Origin: Phycisphaerae bacterium
GTDB lineage: Bacteria; Planctomycetota; Phycisphaerae; UBA1845
Reading direction: 5' to 3'
NCBI GenBank assembly: GCA_013360585.1
Contig: JABWBH010000010.1
Span: forward strand, 34,629-98,628
DNA length: 64,000 nucleotides
Below are positions 27,985-37,596 of the stretch, one piece after another. Position 1 is the stretch's first letter; each line of letters opens with the position of its first letter. Under the pieces are notes generated by a model. The model worked only from the letters and a program-made list of their open reading frames with translations. It made no database searches and had not been told where the DNA came from. The translations under genes were made by a program, and so were the position numbers.

Positions 27985-29064
27985 TCACGGACAGGGGCGG
28001 CGTATCGGCCCCGTCGTCCTCGGAACCCGTCCGATCCACAGGATGGCCTCGTGTCGGCCGCGCGGAGAAGCGGCCGAACCCACCACGTAGAGGCGCCCCT
28101 CGTGCTCGGTGATCGCCTTGGCGACCGAGGCGTAATAGCCGTCGGGCGCGAGGTAGTCCTGCAGGTTGATGAAGCTCTCCGGAACGTCGCCGATCCACAG
28201 GCCCGCCTCGGCCGAGCCGAAGCCGTGCGTGACGTAACCGGCGTGGAACGTTCCCGTCGTCGCGTAGAGCTGCGAGTGATAGGCGTCCGCGGGATTCATG
28301 ACGATGGCGCTTTCCGGCGTGCCGTGCCACAGCACCGCTAAGTTCCGCCCCTCGAAGATTCCCCAGCCTACCTGCACGCCCGGCGCCATGCCCAGAATCA
28401 CCGACTCCCGGGCGCCCTCGGGATTCATATCCATGAAGCTCTCAGCGCTGCTGCGCCACAAGCCCGCGTGGATTCCAATATCGGGATCGTTAATGTCCAC
28501 GCGCCCGCCCTGGTGCTCGCCATCGGTGGCGTACGCCTCGGACCAGCGCGCAACAGCCGGGTGAAGGTCGACGAAGCTCTCGGGAGTGCCAAACCAAAGG
28601 GCGGCGTGGAGCATGCCGTCCGTCCATGAACATGCCGCCCCCACCTGCTGCGCGCCGGCAACGGCCCTTGCATAGGCGCATATGTACGGGAACCCAGGTG
28701 TCAGATCAACGAGGCTTTCCACCGTTCCATGCCATAATGTGGCGAACGGCCCTTCGCTGAGGCTTCTGATCTCCCCTACCTGCCATTCGCCGTTCATGCC
28801 GTAGATGACCCCCATGCGCATGCCTTCTGGCAGGAGATCAACATAATCGTCGCCGGACGCATCCCAAAGGATCGGATGGCGCTGCCTTCGGCCGTAGGCC
28901 CGCACGGTTTTGTACCCGCCCTGACGTCCGCCGGATGCGGAGAAGGCGTCTGACTCCTTCGTCGGACTCGGGTGCAAGTACACGACAGTCCACAGGGGTG
29001 TGGGGTCGTCTGCTGCAACGGGGGAGACAGTCGAGAGCATGAATAAAAGCAAAGAAAGGCACAT
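27985..29064 (-). CDS. exported HAF-like repeat protein
   Basis: The ATG at 29064 gives a signal peptide, MCLSLLLFMLSTVSPVAA. At least six repeats of about 45 aa match h-A-x-LW-x-G-x-x-ES-x-V-D-L (HAALWFGTPESFVDL, HAGLWRSSAESFMDM, LAVLWHGTPESAIVM...). Confidence 0.65.
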   Translation of the reverse strand: MCLSLLLFMLSTVSPVAADDPTPLWTVVYLHPSPTKESDAFSASGGRQGGYKTVRAYGRRQRHPILWDASGDDYVDLLPEGMRMGVIYGMNGEWQVGEIRSLSEGPFATLWHGTVESLVDLTPGFPYICAYARAVAGAQQVGAACSWTDGMLHAALWFGTPESFVDLHPAVARWSEAYATDGEHQGGRVDINDPDIGIHAGLWRSSAESFMDMNPEGARESVILGMAPGVQVGWGIFEGRNLAVLWHGTPESAIVMNPADAYHSQLYATTGTFHAGYVTHGFGSAEAGLWIGDVPESFINLQDYLAPDGYYASVAKAITEHEGRLYVVGSAASPRGRHEAILWIGRVPRTTGPIRRPCP

Positions 29065-29108
29065 AGTCCATTCACCACGCCGTGGGTTACAGCACCCCCC
29101 CACCGTCC

Positions 29109-30695
29109 TCATTCATTCCACTTCGCCATCTCGCTATCGTAGATTTCACAGAACATCGCCTGATCCCCCGCATCCACGCTCCCGTCGCCGTTGAGGTCGC
29201 TATCCAGAACGCCGTCGCCGCAGAGCTTCTCGAAAACCAATGCGCCCTCCCCGCCGCCGTAACCGCCGAGGCTCTCCCCGCACAGGATCTGGATCTTGTG
29301 CATGTAGCAGTTCTGCTGCGTCCATTGAAAGTTGGCGTCTTTGGCCATGGCGATGTACGCCGGGTAAACCGTCGCCGTGGGCGTCGCAGCGCCCGGCGGC
29401 GCTGCGGCCATGTGCTGATAGTCGCCTAAGAACCCCGCCGCCGGCGTCAGAAGAAAAGACGTTGGCGTAAGGCGGATCTGCTGGATCGCCTGCTCTGGGG
29501 TTCCATATCCCGTAATGCGCACAAAGTAGAGGTCGTACCAATGGACGCTGTCGTTCAAGTCCGCATCATGGCGGTCGTCATAAAACAGGACGTTGACGCC
29601 GCCGCAGGCATCGACGGCGATGGCGGGCATGACCTGGTCCGGGCCACGAAGCCCACCCGGCTGTCCGGTGAGCAAGAGGTCGGTGAGGGGCACCAAGTGG
29701 ATTGGGACATCCGGAAAAGTTAGACCACCGTTTGTACTGCGTGAAAGGTAGACATCCGTGTTCCGATCGGCGGCGTCCAGCGTCGATTCCGCCCGTGCCG
29801 TGAACGCCACATAGACATTGCTGTTGTCGGTCGGGTCCACGGCGATGGACGGATAGTTCACGTTACGGTCCAGGCCGTTGGGCGTGTCCTCGGGACGGGC
29901 GTAGCGGATGTTCGAGTCTTCCGCCACGGCCACCGGAACATCCGCGTCGGGGAGCCACGTGGCGCCGTCGTCGTCAGAGTACAAGACGAAGGGCAGAAGG
30001 TCGTTGTAGATACGATCCCCCGATTCAAAGCGACTCAGGTTCACGACGACGACCCGCCCCGTGTCCAGCACGACGGGCATGGCGCCCAGCCCGACCCACC
30101 GGCAATCGCCCGGATGGTTGAGCGGCTCCATGCGCACGCCGGCGGGCCAGGGACAATCCGTCGGCGTCGAGGACGCCCCCGTCCACAGAGCCCTCGGGCA
30201 GTTGCCCGTCAGTATACTGTAACTGACGTATTGACGCCCATCGGCGCCAATGGCCATGAGCGGCTTGTCGATGGAACTGAAGCTCCTGATGCAGCAGATA
30301 TCGCTGAAAACACTGCTGCCGGCGTCCTTGTACACGGCTCCGATGCCTCCCGTGCATCCGAGCGCGGAAATCCACATGCGCCCGGTAACGGGATCGGCGA
30401 CCACGCCGGGATCGGAGAATAAACCGAGCGACCCGTTGGTGAACGACGAGCCGCCGTTGAACGTCACACCGAATCCGACGTTCACGGCGACCGGCTCCCC
30501 GTAGATGTTGTTGGCGGCGACCACCGCCTCGTTGGGTTGGTCAAAGCGCACGGCGACGGAGCATTCGCGCCAAATGGTGCCGGTGGGATTCACCCGGCGC
30601 TGGGAACCGGCGATCGCCATGGATTGTGCATACCCCGCACCGGTGAAAATCACGAGACAGGCGAATGGCGGAGTCCGCAGGCATTGAGTCTTCAT
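29109..30695 (-). CDS. exported BNR/sialidase-fold-like protein with C-terminal dockerin/EF-hand-like motif
   Basis: Has a signal peptide and Asp-box-like YSDDDGATW and SRSTNGGLTF. The C-terminus is DSDLNGDGSVDAGD. Confidence 0.6.
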   Translation of the reverse strand: MKTQCLRTPPFACLVIFTGAGYAQSMAIAGSQRRVNPTGTIWRECSVAVRFDQPNEAVVAANNIYGEPVAVNVGFGVTFNGGSSFTNGSLGLFSDPGVVADPVTGRMWISALGCTGGIGAVYKDAGSSVFSDICCIRSFSSIDKPLMAIGADGRQYVSYSILTGNCPRALWTGASSTPTDCPWPAGVRMEPLNHPGDCRWVGLGAMPVVLDTGRVVVVNLSRFESGDRIYNDLLPFVLYSDDDGATWLPDADVPVAVAEDSNIRYARPEDTPNGLDRNVNYPSIAVDPTDNSNVYVAFTARAESTLDAADRNTDVYLSRSTNGGLTFPDVPIHLVPLTDLLLTGQPGGLRGPDQVMPAIAVDACGGVNVLFYDDRHDADLNDSVHWYDLYFVRITGYGTPEQAIQQIRLTPTSFLLTPAAGFLGDYQHMAAAPPGAATPTATVYPAYIAMAKDANFQWTQQNCYMHKIQILCGESLGGYGGGEGALVFEKLCGDGVLDSDLNGDGSVDAGDQAMFCEIYDSEMAKWNE

Positions 30696-30854
30696 GGCGG
30701 CTTCTCCTCCTCAGAGGTAAGTCTCTCGACTTTTTTGGACGTTCATCATTCCTCGATGGCTGCAACGTTCGACATCGAGCGCACTTATTGTATTGGTCAC
30801 AACTCCGCATATCAACGGCAAGGCGGCGTCGCGGTGCCAGCCGAAAGCCCCCGC

Positions 30855-31640
30855 TTATCTGAGAACGGCCACCAGCCCCAGCACGGCCGACAACACCGCC
30901 AGCGCGATCGCCCCGGACAGCACGCGCGTCAGCCGCCGCGTGTGATCCGCGAAAACCCGCAGGATGCGCTCCTCCCGCTCGCCCGCGGCCCGGCAAAGCT
31001 GCTCCGCCATCGTCGCCGACGCGGTTTCCACCCGGGTGAGGCTTTCGATCGACCCCCTCAGGTCGCCCAGAGCGTCCGCGATCCGCGCGTCCGTGCGCCG
31101 CTGTTGTTCGACCAGTTCGGGGAGCTGGGCGAGATGATTGTCCAGCCGCCTCGTGCGCACCGCCGTGCTTTCGAGCTGTCCCGCCAGCGCCGTAATCGCC
31201 TCGGCCTGGGCCGCGGAGGCGCGCGGAAGCTGCGAGACGCTGTCGGCCAGGCGATCCAGGGCTTCCGCCATCCGCGCAGTCCGATCCTGCTGCGCGACGA
31301 GGTGGCTTTGAATCGACTCGATCAGGCTGACCACCTTCTCCTGCGTTCGCTGGAGACCGTCGAGGGAGCGGATCGCGGCGGCTTTGCCCGTGATCAGCGT
31401 CGCGCCGTCGCCTCGATCGTCGGGCGGCGCGTCGTCATCCGGCGCTTGCGAGGCCGGGTCTGAAGGCCACTCCACCGGCGCGCCGCTGCGATGCCCCCGG
31501 AGCCGGTTCGTCACACGAGACCAGAAATGTCCCTGCACCATGTTCGGCTGTCCTTTGCGTAGGAGTCCCGTCGCGTTCATCGCGGCGGGCGGCGCGACCG
31601 GCATCCTGCCGGACGGGCGCGGCGGCGTCGCGGGGATCAC
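30855..31640 (-). CDS. hypothetical coiled-coil protein with C-terminal TM anchor
   Basis: Its start overlaps the gpx stop (ATGA). It has heptad-like Ala/Leu/Gln/Arg-rich helices and ends in LSGAIALAVLSAVLGLVAVLR. The start is uncertain. Confidence 0.45.
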   Translation of the reverse strand: MIPATPPRPSGRMPVAPPAAMNATGLLRKGQPNMVQGHFWSRVTNRLRGHRSGAPVEWPSDPASQAPDDDAPPDDRGDGATLITGKAAAIRSLDGLQRTQEKVVSLIESIQSHLVAQQDRTARMAEALDRLADSVSQLPRASAAQAEAITALAGQLESTAVRTRRLDNHLAQLPELVEQQRRTDARIADALGDLRGSIESLTRVETASATMAEQLCRAAGEREERILRVFADHTRRLTRVLSGAIALAVLSAVLGLVAVLR

Positions 31641-32284
31641 CCGGACTTCGACGCCGCCGGTTCTTTCTTCTTCTCGGGTCGCGGCGCGGCCAGCGCTTTC
31701 TCGATCGCCTCGCCGAGCTTCGCGTCATTCGGCGCCGTGCGCGGATCGAACTTCTCCAGCACGGTCCCGTCGCGCGCGACCAGGTATTTCTGAAAATTCC
31801 AGCGGACGTCGCCGCGGATTTTCTCGTCCGGATGGGTCGTCAGGTACTTGTACAACGGACACGCCGCGTCGCCCTTCACGCTCACCTTGTCGAAAAGGTC
31901 GTACGTTCCGTGATGCGTCGAGCGGCAGAACGACTTGATTTCTTCGGGCGTGCCAGGCTCCTGACCGCCGAAGTCGTTGCAGGGGAACGCAAGAATGCGG
32001 AACCCGCGATCCTTGTACTTCTGATACAGGGGTTCGAACTCGGCGTAGTTCTGCGCGGTCAGCCCGCACCTGGTCGCGACGTTCACGATCAGCAGAACCT
32101 CGCCCTCGAAACTGCGCAGGGAGACGTCCTTTCCGTCAATGTCCTTGACCACCGCGTCCAGCACCGACGTCAGCGGCTTGTCGGCGGCGCCAGCAGAGAG
32201 TGTTTTTGCGACGGGGTCGCTCTGGGCCAAGGCGAAAGCAGAAAAAGTCAACACGGTCAGAGTTCCGTTCAACACGCATTTCAT
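31637..32284 (-). CDS. glutathione peroxidase (Cys-type) with signal peptide
   Basis: Shows LIVNVATRCGLT...FPCNDFGGQEPG...WNFQKYLV. The N-terminus is MKCVLNGTLTVLTFSAFALA. Confidence 0.9.
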   Translation of the reverse strand: MKCVLNGTLTVLTFSAFALAQSDPVAKTLSAGAADKPLTSVLDAVVKDIDGKDVSLRSFEGEVLLIVNVATRCGLTAQNYAEFEPLYQKYKDRGFRILAFPCNDFGGQEPGTPEEIKSFCRSTHHGTYDLFDKVSVKGDAACPLYKYLTTHPDEKIRGDVRWNFQKYLVARDGTVLEKFDPRTAPNDAKLGEAIEKALAAPRPEKKKEPAASKSG

Positions 32285-32747
32285 CGAAAACCCTCACAAG
32301 CGCCGGGCCGGCTGCGCCCCTGACGTGGGATCGCAGTTGCCGATCCGGCGCTGTTATCTTACCCGGCGAGCCTGTCCGTCCGCAATCCGAACCCGGAGGG
32401 GGTCGCCTGAGGTGATCGGGTCTGCCCGCCGGACGGCTTCCCAGACCTGACCGACGGCTTTTGTAACGCCCCATCGAGAACCGTGAGGGTCGGCTACCCC
32501 GGCGAGGTCCGTCCCCGCCGCGAGGCCTTCGCGAAATCGTGAACTCCTGCGAACTCAACGCCCGGCCGCCGGCGTCAGGGAAAACTCAGGAGGGCGGATT
32601 TCGTTAACCTGCGGTTTGTGCGGTAAGTTGCAGCTTGGGGGCGAAGTTGCCCTGAGCGGCGATGCTCTGCGTCGCAAGGGGCGAAACGGAGGTGTCGGTT
32701 CCGGGGCGGACCGGAGGTCCGCGATCCGATGAAGCCTGCCGGAACGG

Positions 32748-34430
32748 TTGGAGACGGAGAACGTGGCGACGCTTTATGTGATGCGAGGACCAGACAAGGG
32801 TCTGGTTTTCGAGCTGACGGACGACGAGACGCTCATCGGGCGGTTCGCCGATCGTCTGCGTCTCACGGACGACAGCATCTCGCGCCGCCACGCTGAGATC
32901 CGGCGTGAGAACGGCGCCTGGAAGATTCGCGACCTGAACAGTTCCAACGGCACGTTTCACAACGGCCACCGGGTCTTCGAGCCGTCGCGCCTCCAGCACG
33001 GCGATCAGATCAAAGTCGGGGCGACGATCCTCGTGTTCAGCAGCCAGGACGCGGTCGGACGCGCCAGCGGCGAGCAGCGGATCCGCGATCTGGTGGACCT
33101 CAACGTCGCCAGCGAACCGGGCGACGCCGCGATCCTCTCGTCGCTGGCGTCCTCTGAAGAAAGCGTCATCCTTCAGGCGCCGGAGACGGTCGAGCAGGTC
33201 GCGGCGTGGAACATCATCTACCGCATCGCGGAAGTCATCGGCACCGTCCCGCGCGTCGAAGATTTTCTGGAGCGCGTCGCGGACATCCTTTTCGACCACC
33301 TGGTCGTGGACCGGCTGGTCGTCCTCCGACTGGATCGGCGCACCGGCGACCTTTCTCCGCAACTCGTCCGCTATCGCACGAAGCGCCGCAGCAAGAAGCC
33401 GCGCATTCACACGTCGCGGACGATCATCCAGTACGTGATCCAGACCGGCTCGGGCGTGCTCTGCGCCGATGCGATGACCGACCGCCGCTTCACCGAGCAA
33501 AGCAAACACGACAGCATCCACCAGCTCGGGCTGCGCAGCGTCCTCTGCGTCCCGATCATGCTTCAGGACGAGGTCGTGGGCGTCATTCACCTGGACACGT
33601 CGATGGCGCATCATGCGTACACGCCGGAGCAGCTTCGCCTGGCGACGGCGGTGGGGCGCATGATCGGGCTGGCGATGGAGAACGCCCGCCTGCTCGAGAC
33701 GCGCATGAGGCAGGAGCGGCTCGTCGCCACCGGACAGACGGTGGCCCGGCTATCGCACGAGATCCGCAACATTCTTCAGGGGCTTCGCAGCGGCGCGGAC
33801 GTGGTGGAGCTGGGCCTGAAGCAGGGCAAGCTCGAGCTGATCCGCTCCGGTTGGCGCATTGTGCGCCGCGGGATGGAGCGGGCGGTCGTGCTGGCGACGA
33901 ACATGCTTTCGTTCAGCCGTCAGCGTCAGCCGAAGGTCCAGCTTGTGCAGCTTTCGTCGCTCGTCGAGGAGGCGCTGAGCAGCGCGGCGGACCGCGTCGC
34001 GGACAAGAACGTCATGATCCTCACCGAGTTCGCCGAGATGCCCGCCATCCCGGTCGATCCTTACGGACTGGGACAGGCGGTGCAGAACATTCTCCTGAAT
34101 GCGATCGACGCCGTGCAGCCCGGGATGGGGTGCGTGACGGTGTGCACCGACTACGATGAGGCGAAAGGGGAGGCGCGGATTTCGATCTGCGACAACGGAC
34201 CGGGCATTCCCGTCGAGGACCAGCAGCGCATATTCGAACCTTTCATGTCCACGAAGGGACAGGCGGGCACGGGTCTGGGGCTTGCGGTCGCGCGGCAGGC
34301 GGTCGTCGAGCATCACGGGCGCATCGAGGTCGAAAGCGCACTCGACGGCGGCGCGACGTTTCACCTCTTTATCCCGATCGATCGCCCGGAAGCCGCCGAC
34401 AGCGAGAAGACGCACGGCGCTGCCCGGTGA
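32748..34430 (+). CDS. FHA-GAF sensor histidine kinase
   Basis: FHA is LIGR....L.D..ISRRHAEI....W.I.DL.SSNGT. It also has a central GAF domain, the H-box LSHEIRN, and an HATPase (DNGPGI...GTGLGL). The start may be the GTG at 32763. Confidence 0.85.
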   Translation: METENVATLYVMRGPDKGLVFELTDDETLIGRFADRLRLTDDSISRRHAEIRRENGAWKIRDLNSSNGTFHNGHRVFEPSRLQHGDQIKVGATILVFSSQDAVGRASGEQRIRDLVDLNVASEPGDAAILSSLASSEESVILQAPETVEQVAAWNIIYRIAEVIGTVPRVEDFLERVADILFDHLVVDRLVVLRLDRRTGDLSPQLVRYRTKRRSKKPRIHTSRTIIQYVIQTGSGVLCADAMTDRRFTEQSKHDSIHQLGLRSVLCVPIMLQDEVVGVIHLDTSMAHHAYTPEQLRLATAVGRMIGLAMENARLLETRMRQERLVATGQTVARLSHEIRNILQGLRSGADVVELGLKQGKLELIRSGWRIVRRGMERAVVLATNMLSFSRQRQPKVQLVQLSSLVEEALSSAADRVADKNVMILTEFAEMPAIPVDPYGLGQAVQNILLNAIDAVQPGMGCVTVCTDYDEAKGEARISICDNGPGIPVEDQQRIFEPFMSTKGQAGTGLGLAVARQAVVEHHGRIEVESALDGGATFHLFIPIDRPEAADSEKTHGAAR

Positions 34431-34538
34431 GAGCCTGCCGCAGTCCGGTCGGACGCCGGCGCCCGCCCGACAAGATGTTGATGTCGACGCTTCCCGCCGC
34501 TTTGAGAATCTCTGTTGCGGCGTTAAAACCCGGAAATC

Positions 34539-36356
34539 ATGCCTGCGCCTTCGCACCAAAAGACACCTGTCAGGACCGCGACCGCAACCCTGAAGCGCAT
34601 CGGGCCGGCACGGGGGTTCTGCATCGCCGCCGCCGCATATTCAGTCGTGATGGCGTTTTCCGCCCCCACGGTCGTCGGGCGGATCGAGGACGACGGCGTT
34701 TACCTCTCGACGGCGAAGTCGCTCGCCGACGGACGCGGATACCGCCACGCCAGCCTGCCGGGGGAACCGTATCAGACCAAGTATCCCGTGTTGTATCCGG
34801 CGATGCTGTCGCTGGGGTGGCGAGCGGGAGGATCGCTGGATGCGGCGATCTTCGGCGGACGCCTCCTCAACGCGGTTGCCGCCACGGCGGGGCTGGCGGG
34901 CGCATACGTCCTGATGCGCCGGGTCTGGCGGGTCCCGCGCTGGCTGGCGGCGTCCGCGATCGTCATCACCGCAACGCACGCAGACTGGTGGGACTTCATC
35001 CGCCAGATCATGAGCGAGCATGTCTTCGGCGCGTTCGCGATGGCCGGACTGGCGGTTGCGGCTGCGGCGTCGAAAGAAACTCCCGCCCACTCGGCGGATG
35101 CGGAAGCCTCGCCGGGAATTTTTCCGGGAATCTCAACCGCCTCCGCCACAACCGACCGTCGGATCCTGTGTGTGTTGGCGGCTGTCGCCGGAGTTCTCGC
35201 GGGAGCGGCGTATCTGTCGCGCAGCATCGGGCTTGCCGCGGTTGTCGCCGTTGCGACAGGACTGCTTCTAAGCCGCCGACGAGGCGCTGCAATCCTCGCC
35301 GCTGCTGCGGGCGGTGCGTTTGTCGCGGGATGGCTGATTTGGCAGAGTTCCGCGGAAAACCTGAACCGGAGCCTCCCGCAGGTCTCGGCTCTGGCGTACG
35401 ACCTCAGTTATGAATCCTGGATCCCGGAGGACGCTCCGACGCTTTTCCGGGTCATCTTTCTGAATACCTCGCGCTTGATCGTGGGGATGTTTGCGATGGT
35501 CAGTTCAGCCGGACGGTGGCTGCCTTCGATGGCGAGCACGCCCGGGGTGCTGACCGTGCTGGCGTGGACCGGAGCGTTGGCGACGCTGGGACTCGCCGGG
35601 TTGGGGGCGGCGGCGACGTACCGTCGCTCGGCGCTGCATGTACACCTTTTTCTGGGTTTGTACTTCGCGCTCGTGCTGGTCTGGCCGTTTGACCCGGCGC
35701 GCTTCCTGATCCCCGTCCTGCCCCTGATCGTCGGCGCGGTGCTCGCGGGATTGCATCGTTTCGTCGCGCGACTCGGCGCGATCGCGTCCTCACGCCTGAA
35801 GTTGACTCCTGCCGGTCCCGCGGCTTCGGGCGCTTCGAGTTCCGCGCCGTCCGTGGGTTTCAGCGGCGCTGCGACGCTGCTGGCCGCCTCCGTGCTCGTT
35901 CTGATCAACGTCGGGGGCGCTTCGCGCATCCTGAACGACCCTTATGTTCAGCGCGAGGCGGCGCAGCAGGCGGCGCTCGCCGCGGAACTTCGCTCCTTGC
36001 CGCCCGGTTCCGTCATTGCGTCCACCGCAAGCCATGTCCTCGCGCTTCGCACGGAGCACAAGGCGGTTCCGCTCGTCCCCGCGGTCCGGTCCACGCACCT
36101 GCTTTACGCCCCCGACGCGCGTTTCTCGAACATCGACGGGGCGATCTCCCCCGCAGGCATCGCCGCGCACGAATGCATGATCGAGCAGGAATTGACGCGG
36201 TATTACGAAGCGACCGGCGTCACGCATGTCGTTTGCTCAGACGTCGGCGGCGGTGTTGCGCACCACGCTTACGTCCGCCGTCACCCCGAACGCTTCCAAC
36301 GCCTGCGCACCGTCGGAGGACGCGAGCTTTTCGCCTTCATCCCCGGCGGATCGTGA
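34539..36356 (+). CDS. polytopic membrane protein, ArnT/PMT-like glycosyltransferase (GT39/83-like)
   Basis: N-terminal EDDGVYLSTAKSLADGRGY...YPVLYP is followed by about 10 TM segments and a soluble C-terminal domain. The family call is tentative. Confidence 0.5.
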   Translation: MPAPSHQKTPVRTATATLKRIGPARGFCIAAAAYSVVMAFSAPTVVGRIEDDGVYLSTAKSLADGRGYRHASLPGEPYQTKYPVLYPAMLSLGWRAGGSLDAAIFGGRLLNAVAATAGLAGAYVLMRRVWRVPRWLAASAIVITATHADWWDFIRQIMSEHVFGAFAMAGLAVAAAASKETPAHSADAEASPGIFPGISTASATTDRRILCVLAAVAGVLAGAAYLSRSIGLAAVVAVATGLLLSRRRGAAILAAAAGGAFVAGWLIWQSSAENLNRSLPQVSALAYDLSYESWIPEDAPTLFRVIFLNTSRLIVGMFAMVSSAGRWLPSMASTPGVLTVLAWTGALATLGLAGLGAAATYRRSALHVHLFLGLYFALVLVWPFDPARFLIPVLPLIVGAVLAGLHRFVARLGAIASSRLKLTPAGPAASGASSSAPSVGFSGAATLLAASVLVLINVGGASRILNDPYVQREAAQQAALAAELRSLPPGSVIASTASHVLALRTEHKAVPLVPAVRSTHLLYAPDARFSNIDGAISPAGIAAHECMIEQELTRYYEATGVTHVVCSDVGGGVAHHAYVRRHPERFQRLRTVGGRELFAFIPGGS

Positions 36357-36371
36357 TCGCAGGCGCCGGGT

Positions 36372-37283
36372 TCACGGGCCTTGCCTGACGCCCTCCGCTT
36401 CGAAGCGCAACTCTCCCTGAAACGTCGCCCCGATCTCCTGAAGCACGAGGTTCATCAGCAGATGCGCCGTCTGCCCCGGGGGCAGGATCGTGGGGAGGTC
36501 CAGCGGGAACTCGGGCAGCTCAAGTTCCGGGTTCTGCGCTTGCGAAAGGTCGATCGGCTGAACTGAAATAACCTGTGCAAAAAGCGGACCGGCGACGACT
36601 TCTCCGGTCAGCGGCAGCGGAACCGGCGTCGGCGGAAGCTCGAAGTCGTTCTCAAGCACGCTCACCCTGCCGCCAACCTGCACGATCAGGATAACCTCGA
36701 ACGCATAACGGTCGCCTTCGATCCGCGACAGCGTCCCGACGGCGGCGTCTTCCGTCTGCACGAGACGCAGCTCCGTCAGCGCGATTTCCCCCAGCGGAAG
36801 CGTGATCGGCACGTCACCCGGAAACAGCGAATCCGGGCTTCGCGTCCGAAAAGTGTCCGTCTCCAGCGTCAGCTCGGCGGGCAGAATGAGCGGTCCGTCG
36901 GCGAGCAGGTCCGCCTCCAGCCGGGAGAGGCGGACGCGCTCGCGTCGCGGGTTGATCCGCAGGCGAAACGCGCCGGCGGACGCGGACCGCGACGGTCCGC
37001 CGAGTGCGAAGTCGAACGAAACATCCACCGGGAGGTTTTCGCGTTCGCCGAAACCGCCGAAGAATCCCGGCTTGGTGCGGGTTCCCGAGGGGTTGTCGAA
37101 CTCGTCCCAGTTCCCGATCAAGGTGCCGCCCGTATTCGCGTGGAAGCTTATGTCAGCGTCCAGTCCGCTTCGGTCAGAATCAAACAGACAGTCATACCGG
37201 ACGGACTGCGCCCGCGCCTCGCTCGCCGCGCACGCGATGCCCCCGGCAACAACACCGGTCAGAAACAGACCTGCCCTGAACAT
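36372..37283 (-). CDS. hypothetical exported protein (last gene of the MoxR/BatA cluster)
   Basis: Signal peptide MFRAGLFLTGVVAGGIACAASEARA. I recognise no family. Confidence 0.5.
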   Translation of the reverse strand: MFRAGLFLTGVVAGGIACAASEARAQSVRYDCLFDSDRSGLDADISFHANTGGTLIGNWDEFDNPSGTRTKPGFFGGFGERENLPVDVSFDFALGGPSRSASAGAFRLRINPRRERVRLSRLEADLLADGPLILPAELTLETDTFRTRSPDSLFPGDVPITLPLGEIALTELRLVQTEDAAVGTLSRIEGDRYAFEVILIVQVGGRVSVLENDFELPPTPVPLPLTGEVVAGPLFAQVISVQPIDLSQAQNPELELPEFPLDLPTILPPGQTAHLLMNLVLQEIGATFQGELRFEAEGVRQGP

Positions 37284-37596
37284 GCTTCACTCCTTCTTGA
37301 GTCTCATTCGACGACACCGACGACGGCCGAACCTTCCTTATTGCACCGTAGTGATTGTGCGACGCAATCTCAACAGAAATTTTCCGGGAGGCGAGGGGGA
37401 ACCTCGGATGCCGGTCTCGCGGGGGGGAGGGGGGGAGGGAGCCTCCTTCCGGCGGGCAGGAATCCCGGTCGCCTGGATCGCAGCGTTCGCCGTCGCCGAG
37501 AGTATGCGGGACACAAGCACGGGCGGACGACGATCTTCGCTCCCGCTCTCTCGCCGTCGCGGCCCGGGACTGTGCGGCGCCGGATCGGGCGGGTCT

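Noticed and set aside
31637-32284. Checked whether the glutathione peroxidase uses selenocysteine (an in-frame TGA).
   Set aside because: The catalytic position is encoded as Cys (VATRCGLT) and there is no in-frame TGA.
37390-37445. G-rich tract GAGGGGGA...GCGGGGGGGAGGGGGGGAGGGAG (also G6TG7 at 7418-7431), a possible G-quadruplex.
   Set aside because: Only three closely spaced G-runs are present, and the fourth is 22 nt away. The tract lies on the non-template strand of an intergenic spacer. G-runs are frequent in high-GC genomes, and there is no supporting context.
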